Positions 23,584 through 35,578 of a DNA stretch of 64,000 bases are shown one piece after another. Within the stretch, counting starts at the first letter, position 1. Each line of letters starts with the position of its first letter. A program made the translations under genes and the position numbers. The stretch comes from Marsupella aquatica. Taxonomy: Eukaryota; Plantae; Marchantiophyta. Under the pieces are notes generated by a model. That model did no database searches and was not told the DNA's origin. It worked only from the letters and a program-made list of their open reading frames with translations. Location of the stretch: assembly GCA_973895155.1 (NCBI GenBank), contig OZ316892.1, forward strand, positions 28,420,307 to 28,484,306, written 5' to 3'.

Positions 23584-26562
23584 AGATCTGACTCATGTTA
23601 AGCCCATTAGATAGTAAAAATGGGTGTCAGCCCTGGATATTCATTGTAAGTTTGGACACAATTGTATATAATTATTTCACACATTATCAATCAATGGTCC
23701 TTGCCTAGGCTTCTTTGTGCGGAAATGTTTTTACAAGTATGATCTCTATCCCATGGTTCTTTGTGAACTAATAAGTAATATAATACTATTATAATTAATA
23801 TAATATAATATATTAATATAATACTAATAAGATTTGGCCTATAAAGTGTACATTTAGGTATAAAAAAGTGTACATTTGGGCTTCTTAAAGTGTACATTTG
23901 GGGACATAAAAGTGTACATTTCAGGACTGATTTGTGAACAAAAGAAAATACATTTTTAATGAATAGGCTGATCAATAGGGCACATGCCTTGCCCTGCACC
24001 GGCTAGCGGCCAATCCCCCCTACTCTGAGGCGTGGCCGATAACTAAAATGAAGAGGACCTGGAAAAAATATCACTACTTCCCTCATCTATATTGCGCATA
24101 AACTATTGTTGGCAAGGTTGTAAGAGAACAAAAGAAAAAAACTTGACACAAATCTATTTATTTACATGTGTGCATCACTACTACCCTTTAAAATCATTCC
24201 TTGGGACCATTGGCCTCGTCACATTTAGTGAAATACTTTTAAATTTGTGTTGAAGAACATTATGGTTATTTTAATCCAATTTTGAGAATTATAAGAATCA
24301 TAGGGTTTTTTAAAATCAAATATTAAGTTAGGGGTAAAAAACTTCATAAAAAAAACTTTATTGACTTAACAACTTTAGGGTGTTTATTCCCCCAAAACTT
24401 TGAGCGTGATATGAGACACCCCTTGGATTGAGGCCCCCGAGCCAACAGCAACTGGGAAAGTTTTCTGAGCTTTGTGGTTTCAGATTATAATAATAACCCA
24501 AATATTGTTGTTAGTCATTGTCTTGTATTTTTGGACTGAGACAATCTCAGTCCAAAGTTCAAATTTGGTTTTCTTTCTAAGAGTTGTATTTGTTGCACTT
24601 GCAGAATCGAGACCTTGTCCCATCAAGCGGAAGTTGCTGATTTTGGATCTTAACAAAATACTTTGGGATTCACTTGCATTCCAAAGCAAGGGCAAATCCA
24701 GAAACATTGTGACCCCAAATGGAGTGCATTGGGATAGATCAAATGGATCTAGTCGCATGTATATAGAGAGGCCAGGGCTCCATGAGTTTCTAAAGTTGGG
24801 TTTTGACCGGTTTGACGTTGCAATTTGGACATGTGCTGGTATGCCGCGGACAGTGAAAATGTTGAACATGATGTTCACTGTTGAGGAGCGGTTGAAACTG
24901 AAGTTTGTATTCACACAGGTGGAAGCCTTTGACACAGGCATTCAAAGGCGTGACATTACAAATGGAAAGGCAAATGTGCTATTGAAGGATTTTCGGGTGG
25001 TATGGAGTGCATTTGGAAATCTATATGATGAAACAACACACTCCTTGTGGATGACTCCCCCTTGAAGGCATTTGCCAACCCAGACATGACCGGACTATTT
25101 CCAGTGCCCTACACGCATGCCAATCGTGGAGACAATTTTCTTCTAACAATTCTTTGGCCATGTCTTGAGAAACTGTCACATGCAAGTGACATTTGTTGTT
25201 ATCTTCTCCTAAACTCTCCAAAGTGGTCTCTATTGCACATTAAGAGAGACAAGGCAAAAAATGAGATTACTTATGATCAACTTAGTAAGAGATGTGCTAA
25301 AAAAATTTGGAAGTCATAGTATAGGCATAGTGTGCTAGACCTCAATAGCAATGAGATTCCTTGGGCTGTGAAGCACCATATATGTAGCTTACGTCCTGAG
25401 GTGGAACTTGACGATGCATTTGTCACCTCACTTGCTAGATCATTTGTAGGATGGGAATATTCAGGTCTGTATAGAGAAAATCCCAGACACTTTTTGCGGG
25501 AGATTATAGCAGTTAGGAACAACACCACCAAATTTCATCTCCCTGAAGATAAAGGGAGTTGCAACCGTGACATTAGGGTAGATAGTAAAGGAGACAAGGG
25601 CACGTGCTCAAATAAATATTGTAAGGAGCACTTTGTTTAGAGATCTGACTCATGTTAAGCCCATTAGATAGTAAAAATGGGTGTCAGCCCTGGATATTCA
25701 TTGTAAGTTTGGACACAATTGTATATAATTATTTCACACATTATCAATCAATGGTCCTTGCCTAGGCTTCTTTGTGCGGAAATGTTTTTACAAGTATGAT
25801 CTCTATCCCATGGTTCTTTGTGAACTAATAAGTAATATAATACTATTATAATTAATATAATATAATATATTAATATAATACTAATAAGATTTGGCCTATA
25901 AAGTGTACATTTAGGTATAAAAAAGTGTACATTTGGGCTTCTTAAAGTGTACATTTGGGGACATAAAAGTGTACATTTCAGGACTGATTTGTGAACAAAA
26001 GAAAATACATTTTTAATGAATAGGCTGATCAATAGGGCACATGCCTTGCCCTGCACCGGCTAGCGGCCAATCCCCCCTACTCTGAGGCGTGGCCGATAAC
26101 TAAAATGAAGAGGACCTGGAAAAAATATCACTACTTCCCTCATCTATATTGCGCATAAACTATTGTTGGCAAGGTTGTAAGAGAACAAAAGAAAAAAACT
26201 TGACACAAATCTATTTATTTACATGTGTGCATCACTACTACCCTTTAAAATCATTCCTTGGGACCATTGGCCTCGTCACATTTAGTGAAATACTTTTAAA
26301 TTTGTGTTGAAGAACATTATGGTTATTTTAATCCAATTTTGAGAATTATAAGAATCATAGGGTTTTTTAAAATCAAATATTAAGTTAGGGGTAAAAAACT
26401 TCATAAAAAAAAACTTTATTGACTTAACAACTTTAGGGTGTTTATTCCCCCAAAACTTTGAGCGTGATATGAGACACCCCTTGGATTGAGGCCCCCGAGC
26501 CAACAGCAACTGGGAAAGTTTTCTGAGCTTTGTGGTTTCAGATTATAATAATAACCCAAATA
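22448..26562. repeat. Near-identical tandem duplication (22448-24504 and 24505-26562)
   Basis: ORF set repeated at a 2057-bp offset; the only difference I noticed is one extra A in a poly-A run. Confidence 0.95.
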
Positions 26563-27849
26563 ATCATTATAACATGTTATTCTTGTTAGGACAAAAGGTT
26601 ACACAACTAGGTGCCACCATTTCCATAACCCTCTGCCTAGAAAATCTTGCCCGATAATCTTTTTCCAGATAGGTATTATAATAATGACTATTTGGGTTGG
26701 GTTATTGTCTATAACCTGTTCCCACAAAGCTCAGAAAAACTTCTCGGCTGCCGCCCGGTCAACATTTCTTCACTTTCTGGTCACAGGGTTACAGACCAGT
26801 AACCCCAGACCAAGCCATCATTATCCTAGACGTAAAACCTGTCAGGAGAAGAGGTTATCGGTGTGTAACCATTTCTACATGGGCCTGCTATAGTCATAAT
26901 CTGCTGCCCTGAAAAGTACAGCCGGTAACCTCTTTCCGGGCAGGAGTTACGTACGCTAGTGCAGGTCTGGGCTGGGGTTATAGACTGTAACCTGCTCCCG
27001 GAATATTCAAAGAAGCTTCCCAGCTGCCGTTTGTCAGCTTCTTTTCATATTCCGGACGCAAGGTTACAGCCTAGTAACCCTATGCCCAAACCTGCATTAC
27101 CCTACACCTAATACCAAGGTTACGGCCTAGTAACCCTACGCCCAGACCTGCATTACCCTATACCTAATACCTTCCCGGAAGAAAATTTACTGGGCAATAC
27201 TTTCTGGGCACATGGTTATGGAAATGGTGGCACTTGCACCTGGTAAAAAAAGGTTACACACCGGTAGGAAAGGTTACACACGGGTAAGGTTTCTTTCTAA
27301 CAGGAATTACATTTGTGAAAGCACTAGAGTAGATTTATTACGGAACTAACCTTTCTTCCTAACGGGAATTACGTTTGTGAAAGCACTAGAGTAATTGTGA
27401 AAGCACTAGAGTAATTGTGAAAGCACTAGAGTAGATTTATTACGGAACTGTGATGGAGATGAGGGATAACCAATCAATTTTGAAGGCTGTTGGATTTCAT
27501 CAATTGGGCTGCTGTTTCGTTTTTGCCATCAATCCTCACGACAGTCGAAACTTGTCAATCGGTCAGCTGACATGGCGCTCATCGTGCAAGTCGTCCCAGA
27601 GTAGCGGTGCCTGGTGCCCTATTCTGGTGCGAATCCTACGAAGAGCTATATCTTATGGAGTACATTTTGTGAAAGCAGTAGAAGATTTCCGAATGAAAGA
27701 ATAGAGAACGGTGCATGATTTCATTGTGAAGCATTTGGATACTCTGAACAGCAATGATACGGAGGATCAAATCGAACAGTTGAGACTTAATTCTAGGATG
27801 ATTGGCAGGGTTTAGCTTCGCAGCACCAGATCCTGAGGGAAGATCAAGT

Positions 27850-28316
27850 ACCTTACAAAAGCTTCCTCCTCCCCTTCGAGCTAGCGATGGATGTACTCCG
27901 GGTTGCTGTCCCTCTCGCCATTACTTGGACACTGGTGGCCAAGCAGAAATTAGACGATTTCCCAGTTGTTGTCTCGTGCTTTCTGGTCGGCAGTGCTCTG
28001 TTTCAGTTCGTTGGACGAGGTCGTCGAACCAATTCTCCGCCTTCAGGAGTCAAAGAGGATGTTGTTGAGGTAATTTCTCTGCACTGCATAATCGACAATG
28101 TACAGTGTGGCCTTTGTCAAACTTCGCCCGGTTGGTTATGTCTATTTGTAGTTTGCGATGCCATAATGTCGCTTGTCAGTTCTTCCGGAATCATGAATGG
28201 CTTAAACGTCCTGGCACCTCTCCCTCCGAAATTGAGTCAGGTGGAACAAAGTTGGATACAATCCATTGCCATAGTACTGCGTTTGCAATTTGTTGTCTTA
28301 CCAGGTCAATGACTCC
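27850..28316 (+). pseudogene. Truncated paralogous copy of NLR exon 1/intron 1
   Basis: Aligns with ~29925-30390 (TM segment, GAG|GT donor, CAG|GTCAATGACTC start of the VNDS exon), then homology stops. Confidence 0.7.
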
Positions 28317-29919
28317 CTAATGTATATAACCACTCAACTTTTCAAAACTTCCTTTTTCTCATTAGCAAGGGCATCTAATGAGCTCTCCAGTAAACCAATT
28401 TTCCTCCATTCCAATCAAATTTGAAAACATTATGAGCCTCAAGAGCAAGAACAATTTCAAGATATCCCTGACTTGGTTGGGCACCAGTCTGACACCCTTT
28501 TTCTGTCCTCATGACTGTAAAGCGGGAGAGGTCCATCCAAGGTGTATAGTTCAGAGGCGAGGTCCATCCTGGCTTCAACTTCACCTCGAATCACATGGTA
28601 TTGTATTTAGATTAATTAATCCTCTACAGCCTTACAGGTGTTCACAAGTATTACAAACCCTGCGCCCATCCAACAATAATTGATCCTGGTTCAAGTCCAG
28701 TTAATACAAAGCCAGCATCCATTCAACAATAATTGACCATCGTTACAGGCAACCAGGATCATGAGGAATCGACGAGGCAACAACGAAGCTGCGCACCGCT
28801 CACGAAAGTCTCCAAGTCGACAGAACCTTCATCGTCTTCGATTCTGTGGAATGATTCTGTCACACTCTTTTTTCTTTCTTTCTCTTCTATGGAAGACTTC
28901 TCATCTCAAGTGCGTGGTCACGATGAGTGCAGGGTGGACGGCATGGTCCATTCCATTCAGTTCTTAGAGTTGTCATTGGTGTCAACGGTTTGGTTCAATT
29001 GGTGGTCAAGTCCGGAAGCGAATGTTGTTGGATGGTGTCAAGAGTTTGGTGCAATTGGTGGCCAAGTCCGGAAGCCAATGTTGTTGGGAAGCAGATTGTC
29101 GTCACAATTTCTACTTGCAGGCTGCAAGTTGATGCAGGGGCGAGACTTAGGCTCCCGCTACAGGTCCTGCTCTGGTTCACCGCAAATCTCTTCACCATTC
29201 TGGATAACGGTACCCTCGTCCAGCGAAAGAGATCGATGCTCGGTCCTCTACCTATCACCGGTGCCTTGGAGCTGGCGTCCATTGCACTAAGCTTAGGACA
29301 ATTGAGTGGTTCTCGTGAGTACGAGAGAACCTCAGTTGGCAGGTGCGTTTAATGCTCTTGACGCTTTACAACTTTCCGTTGTTTCGTGCCTCTCGCCAAT
29401 TTTTTCGGATGTTGTTCGTACTATTGGAGATGCGTTAGTTGCTGGCTGGGAAATATTTACAAGCTCAAATTTGCACAGATTTGTGATTACAGGTACCAAT
29501 ACGGTACAAAGGCTGAGGCTTTGGCTGTCCAACTATCTTTCTCTGCTGTTGGCACCGCAGTCCATCGGGTACTCTCCGTGCCCCCTCACGAAATATTACC
29601 GGTGCATTGAACATTTCGGTGCCAGTGAATGGTTGTCAAGATTCGCAGATTGGTATATTCTCGCTAGCAAGCGCGTAACAAATCACAATTCGACTGTTGT
29701 TTGAATTTTTAGTCGACCCTCCATCCAGACGAAGCAGCTGAACTCGTCACTTCGCCACAATCTTACCTCTTCTGCCAGTGCGGTTCCTAGGAAGACCTTT
29801 GCCGCTGCATCGCTGAGCTATGAATGATGGAGTTAGTACATCTTGTCAAAGCACTACCATAGATTGCTAACGAGAGAATGGCCAACGGGTACCATTAGAA
29901 TGTGAAGGCAATTAGTCAT

Positions 29920-32900
29920 ATGCAACAGCTTCCTCCTCCTCCAGCTGGCGATGGATCTATTGTCCCAACACTTGCCAGTACAGTTTGGACCGTAGTAGCC
30001 AGAGAGAAAGCACGCGATGTCCCAGTTGGCGTCTGGTACTTTATGGTCAGCAGTGCTTTGATCGGGGCGTTGATCGGGATCGTCGTACGATGTCGTCGAA
30101 ACATATCTCGCCCCTCAGGACTCGAAGTGCATGATCTTGAGGTACTTTCCCTGGACTGCATAATCCCCAATAGATGGTGGCCTTCGTACCACTTCGCCGG
30201 CAAGGTTCTCTCTATTTGCATACCTTCTCTATCAAGCCGTAATGTTTGCCTGTCCGTTTCTTCCGGAGTCATGAATGGCTTCAACGTCCTGGCACCCTCT
30301 CCACTGATATTGAGTTAGGTGGAACAGAGTTGGATGCATTCGATTGCCTTACTGTGTTTGTGATTGGTTTTCTTCTCAGGTGAATGACTCGTTAATCGAG
30401 TTGCACAGGCCTTCCGGAATTCCTAGCGTTCAAGTGTTGTTTTTCCATGGGCTCCCATTTGAGAAGTCCTCAAGGGTGCACTTATCGACGTGGGAGTGCG
30501 GGGATGGATCCTACAATCTTTGGCCCCAAACCTGGTTGGTGGACGAGTTTCCGGGCGCACATGTGTTTGTTGTGCAGTACAGCCAGGGCCTGAGCAAAGA
30601 TTCTCGGAAGACGATTGACATGAAAATTATTGGGGAAAACCTGCTATCAGATCTGATGCAAGGAAAGATAGGTCAGGTGCAAGGTTGCCCAGTTGTGTTA
30701 GTAGGCCACTCTGTGGGGGGGCTGGTAATAAAGCAATTATGCTGGGAAGCACATGAAACACTTAGTCTGAGTAGGGAGTCTAGGAATACCAGGGTTCAAC
30801 TGCAGAACTTTCTAAATAGAATTACAGGGATTTTTTATTACGCCACACCTCACCATGGAATTCCTCACATAGTCAAAGCAGAAGACCTCCTGGATAGCCC
30901 TTTGTTCAAGTACTTTGAAACTCTAAGTACGCAGGCAGAGCGGCTAAATTATAATTTCAGTCGTTTGTGTATTCGAAATTGGAAATGGCAAATCAAAGGA
31001 CTCGCAGAAAATCTTCCAGTAAGATCGGTACAAATTCAATTGCCTCCTTATCTGATTGTTGCGATCTATCTTTCCTTCTGTTTAGTAAAATAGAATTAGT
31101 CTGTTGCATGAAAACCGACAATCATTTGATCCATGAAACGATGAGCTTGCTAGTAGTTCATACACTTAAAACTACAATGCTTAGCTTTTTCAGTGAAGCA
31201 GCTATCTGATTTGATTTATTTTGTGGATTTATCCTTTTTCGCAATATGAAATTTTATCTCTGTATGCAAAGCGCCTGTCAAATCTACAGATATAATTTTC
31301 TTTCGTTGGCTTGCTCACACATGTAGATGGGTGTGACGGAATCGTCTGAACCTTCTCAATGACGGAGTGGATTGTCCTTGTTTTGTGCGCAGGGTGTGTT
31401 TCGAAATATTGTTGTAGTCCCAGAAGCATGTGCCAGCGAAGGAGAGTTGAATGTGGAGGAGACAGCAGACCACTTCTCCATATCGAGACCGCCATCTAAA
31501 ACGTCAAGACGGTTCAATGCCGTGACAGGACTCCTTCACAACGCAATCGACAGCGCGAAGGTATATTTCGTCCTCCCAAAAGGCCCGACAAGTTTTGTTT
31601 GTTCAGATTATTAACTGAACTACCACATCAAGTGTGACATTTCCATTCTATTGAATAGGCTGTTAGCTTTTATCCAAAATTCCAGAGTCATGCTCAGGTC
31701 TAAGAGTTGCTGATGACACTGTTGTTGAAATTTCAGGAAGATGCTTCCCCCAAAAATTATCAGTATGTCTCTGAGAAAATTCAGGGTATTGATTCTCCAG
31801 TACAAGACGTGAAAGAGAAGATGAAGACTGTTAGAAGTTTGTGCTTGACTGGGATGGGAGGAATAGGAAAGACTACCCTCGCTAAGGTAGTCTTCAACGA
31901 GTTGGCCCCAAAATTTGAGTACACTTGTTTTGTATCTGATGTTAAATCGATCGAAGGGAATGAGGAAGCTTTGAAGAAAGAAGTTTGGAAACGTGTGCAC
32001 CACAATGGTAAGAAAGTTGAAAGAGAAAGCGATTGGTCTAAGTTACGGGGGACAGAATTACTTCTGGTGTTCGATGACATATCAACAGAGCGAGACACAA
32101 ATGTTTTGTTGGAATTAGCTAATGGTCTGTCTTCGGAATCTCGCTTCATTGCAACTTCTCGTGATCATCGCCTTCTTTTCAATCCGTATGAAGTGCCTCT
32201 CCTCAATGCAGATTATGCTCACCAGCTTTTTGTGAGCCATGCATTTCCAGACCAAGTTACTGTTCCTGATAACTTGGCTAGTCTTGTGGGAGAAATTGTG
32301 GAAAAATGTGGAGGGCTGCCTCTAACATTGGAAGTTGTTGGGAAATATTTGAGAGGGAGACCAGACGAGGAGGATTGGAAGCAATCTCTAGATGCGCTTC
32401 GGAAAGCAGATGTTATTACTGGGTTTAACGAGGGGTTGTGGGAGAAGTTGAAAGTCAGCTACAATGGTCTTCAGAGAGATTGAGAAGCAAATATTTTTGG
32501 ATTGTACAACCTTCTTTAGCAGGCACTACTTTACTTTGCGGGACGCTAAAATGGCATGGAGGGGAGCTTATGATGTGAGAGAAAATCTAGCTTGGCGAAC
32601 CTTGGTGGAAAGGTCGCTTGTCTACGACGTTGAAGACGATGATTTCATCGAGGTGCATGAACAGCTCCGAAGTTTGGGACGGAAAATAGCATCGGAGTCC
32701 AATGACAAGCGCAGGGTGTGGGAGACGCAGAAAGGTTTGAAGCTGTTACAAAGCCCCACTGAATCAGAATACAGGTAACGTCTAAGCTGGTGATATCATC
32801 ATTCCTCTGTCATGCACGAATACTTGCACTTGTCCAATGGATACTCTCGCTTTCAAAATTTGTAAGAGTATTACTTTCGATGTGTACAAGTATTTTAAAA

Positions 32901-34906
32901 GCGAGTCTGGAAGATAAGTGGTTTCCAAGAAATCTTGTCCTACTCGACTGCCGAGGGCTGCAATTGTTTGACCCCGCCCGCCAAAGCCGTTTGGCCATTT
33001 TGGAACTGTACGAGATCGATGCCGAGTATCTGCCCAACTCTATTGGACAGCTGTCAGGTCTTCGAGTCTTCAAACTTTGTAAAGCTCGAAGACTGCGCAG
33101 CTTACCAGATGCCGTTGGACAGTTGTCGCAATTGGAGCGTCTCTCGTTGCTGCAGTGGGAGAGCCTGGAGACCTTGCCTGAGACATTCGGCCAATTGTCA
33201 AACTTGAAGTACCTGAATCTCCCGAAATGTTACCGTCTACGTACGCTTCCCGATTCCTTTGGAAACCTGTCCGCATTACACCAGCTTGATGGTGCTGTAA
33301 ATTGCAGACCCTGCCTGAATCTTTCGGGCGACTCTGTAAGTTGACTCACCTTGAAATCGAAGATTGCGACGAATTTCACTCCCTTCCCGAAACTTTCGGG
33401 TCTCTATCTGCTTTAGTCAAGTTGATCCTCTGGAATTGTTACAAGCTCGAATCACTACCTGATTCATTTGGAAATCTAGCAACACTCAGCGATCTTTGCC
33501 TCAGCCACTGTGGTCTGCAAAGCCTGCCCGAATCGTTCGGAAATCTGATCGCACTAAGCCGTCTTGAGCTCTGTAGCTATGGCTTGCGAAACCTGCCCGA
33601 GTCCTTAGGAAATCTCATCGCACTACACCATCTAACCTTATATAAATGTAGAGATCTTCACTCCCTCCCAGAGTCCTTCGGAAATCTCATCGCACTAAGC
33701 CATCTAACCTTAGAGAAATGTACAAATCTTCAAACTCTCCCCGAGTCCTTGGGCCAACTGGCGAAGCTCGAATATTTGAAGATGTCAAAGGCTGACGAGC
33801 TGGAGAGGCTACCCAATTCCTTGGCGGAATTTAATGCTCTTGGTCATCTAATTATTGAATCTACATCGATCAAGAGCATTCCTGACTACATGAGGACTCT
33901 ACCGTCGTTGCGAACTCTGGAGCTCCGGCAACTTCCCGATGTGAAGGAATTGCCTCCTTGGCTAGGAGAAACTGGTCAGATCTCTTTAGCATGCTCAGAA
34001 AAGATATTTCAGGTTCGGGAGCGACAGTTCTTTTTAATGGGGGATAAAAGGATGGAAAGTGACTCAGATGCGGTCAAGTATGTACACAGGTCATTTATGC
34101 GGAAGGTGAGGAACTCAGACTATGCAGGAGCCTTGGCAGCTTTGTCGGCAAGCACTCTTGGACTGCCCCTATTGGAGGGGTTATTCCTGCAAGAGAGGGG
34201 CGTCTTGAAACGTATGATGGGAGATCTTCCTGGAGCTTTGGAAGACCTTACAGCCGCTTTGGAAATATGTTCCACGGTAGAGGACGGGGACTGCTACATC
34301 TATGATTGCTGGAAGCACAGGGGTTATGCGAATTTCTTGATGGAGAATCTAAAAAGTGCAGAAATCGATGGTACAATTGCTCTGACGTTGCAGCTTGAAT
34401 ACCGCAAGAAAGAGAGTTACTATTTGAGTCCAAGTTTGGGCGAGGAACAAGTGACGTATATGCATTTCAAACTGGAGGGATGGAAAGAAATGGTCGAGCA
34501 TGACGAATTTATGATGTCATTGCATTCTCAAGTAGTGCAGAAGGTGATGGCGGCAGGTACTGCAGACGGTGACTTCCAAACGGCCTTGGCAAGCTTTGGC
34601 ATAATCAATCCAAGAGTGTTACCGTATGAGAGTCGGGCATTCTTCTTACAAGAAACGGGCATTCTGAAACGAATGGCGGGCGATTTGGGAGGAGCTTTCG
34701 AAGATCTAACGACAGCCTTGGAAATGTCGGGAGATGATTATGATTGCTGGAACCATTTTTAGGGTTTTGTAAAATACTTATTAGGCGATGTAGAGGGAGC
34801 GCGACTGGACGCCAAAAGAGCTGTGACCGTGAGTTACCAAAAAGTTGACGGAAATGGGGAATATCTCGGAGGGACTCCCGTGACATATTTGGAGTTCCAA
34901 CTTTAA
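29920..34906 (+). pseudogene. TM - alpha/beta-hydrolase - NB-ARC - LRR - TPR immune receptor (hydrolase-NLR), disrupted
   Basis: Exons 29920-30141, 30380-31027, 31393-31560, 31737-32774, then ~32900-34906. FFHGL, WPQTWL, GHSVGG nucleophile, ATPHHG, DHFSISRP; P-loop GMGGIGKTT, LLVFDD, CGGLPL, VHE; LPESFG LRRs; two TPR-like modules. Frameshifts ~32480 and ~33290, in-frame TAG at 34760. Confidence 0.85.
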
Positions 34907-35578
34907 ATAGTGGCCCTCAATGTTTCTCCTCCACTAAATACATGGGATTCAAATTTTTCTGTTCAGGTAATCAAGAAGAATTGTGTATTAGTTTTAATTT
35001 GCAAACTGCGAACTTCAGACGGGGTATTCGGGGTTTTAACAAGAAGCCTTAAATGATGAGTAACAAGCCCAAAAAATCAGAAAAACAACAAAAAGTTAAA
35101 AAAAGTGCCAAAATTAGCACCTATTTTAGAACAAAATATGGAGCTAACAAAATATGACATAAACTAGCTATGTTTTGACAGCCTAAAAATGACCAAATTC
35201 ATCTGAAGTTACATTCCATCAATAAATGACTTCAAATACAAAACTATTATCTACAATGGTCTCACAATTACACGAGCTGTGTCTCTTGAACCGACAACTA
35301 AATCACTTCCAAAAGCAATTGTCATTTAAAAACCAGAAAATAAACTATTACAACTTAGCCTGATACACATTATTGTGAAAAGAAGACAAGGAGGATAAAG
35401 ATGACACCATCTAATTGAATTGAAACACAACCCACTAAGAAAATATTAAACTACAAATTTCTCAAGAAACTTTAACCATGAATTCATAAATAAGTGGTAA
35501 AGGCATTTTGAAAATTTGAAAAATTTCAAGTTATCCATGTTTTTCAATGGTAATGTCACAAACAATAACTACTTTTCA

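Larger units (their letters stand above)
10960..23972. mobile_element. 13-kb Sola-like (DUF7869-type DDD transposase) DNA transposon with cargo gene
   Basis: 26-bp TIR ATCAGCCTATTCATTAAAA(G/A)TGTATT at both ends; perfect 4-bp TSD CAAT (10956-10959, 23973-23976); subterminal AAAGTGTACATTT repeats at both ends; transposase inside. Confidence 0.85.
6482..24223. mobile_element. LTR-retrotransposon-derived segment (~4.7 kb net of the nested Sola-like element); large solo LTR or deleted Gypsy-like element
   Basis: TGTCAC...GTCACA termini with a perfect 5-bp TSD TTTAG (6477-6481, 24224-24228); the site is unduplicated in the MITE copy at 44075. No gag/pol recognised. Confidence 0.7.
6410..24441. 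mobile_element. CTCGGGG-type MITE split by later insertions (left 6410-6481, right 24224-24441)
   Basis: Both halves match the uninterrupted copy at 44075-44377; ends CCCGGGGTCCTCA / TGAGGCCCCCGAG; flanks CTAGCAGC/CCAACAGC (6/8). Confidence 0.85.
6331..27300. repeat. Foldback-like host repeat interrupted by nested insertions (pieces 6331-6409 and ~26500-27300)
   Basis: 6331-6409 joined to the sequence after 24449/26507 is an inverted copy of ~26680-26827; further GGTTAC...GTAACC modules extend to ~27290. Outer ends not defined. Confidence 0.55.

Noticed and set aside
27290-27450. TGTGAAAGCACTAGAGTA repeats (also small duplications at ~28996-29087 and 60965-61345)
   Set aside because: Ordinary local duplications with no further structure.
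28733-29704. Overlapping ORFs of 68-185 aa
   Set aside because: No recognisable motifs or consistent exon structure.
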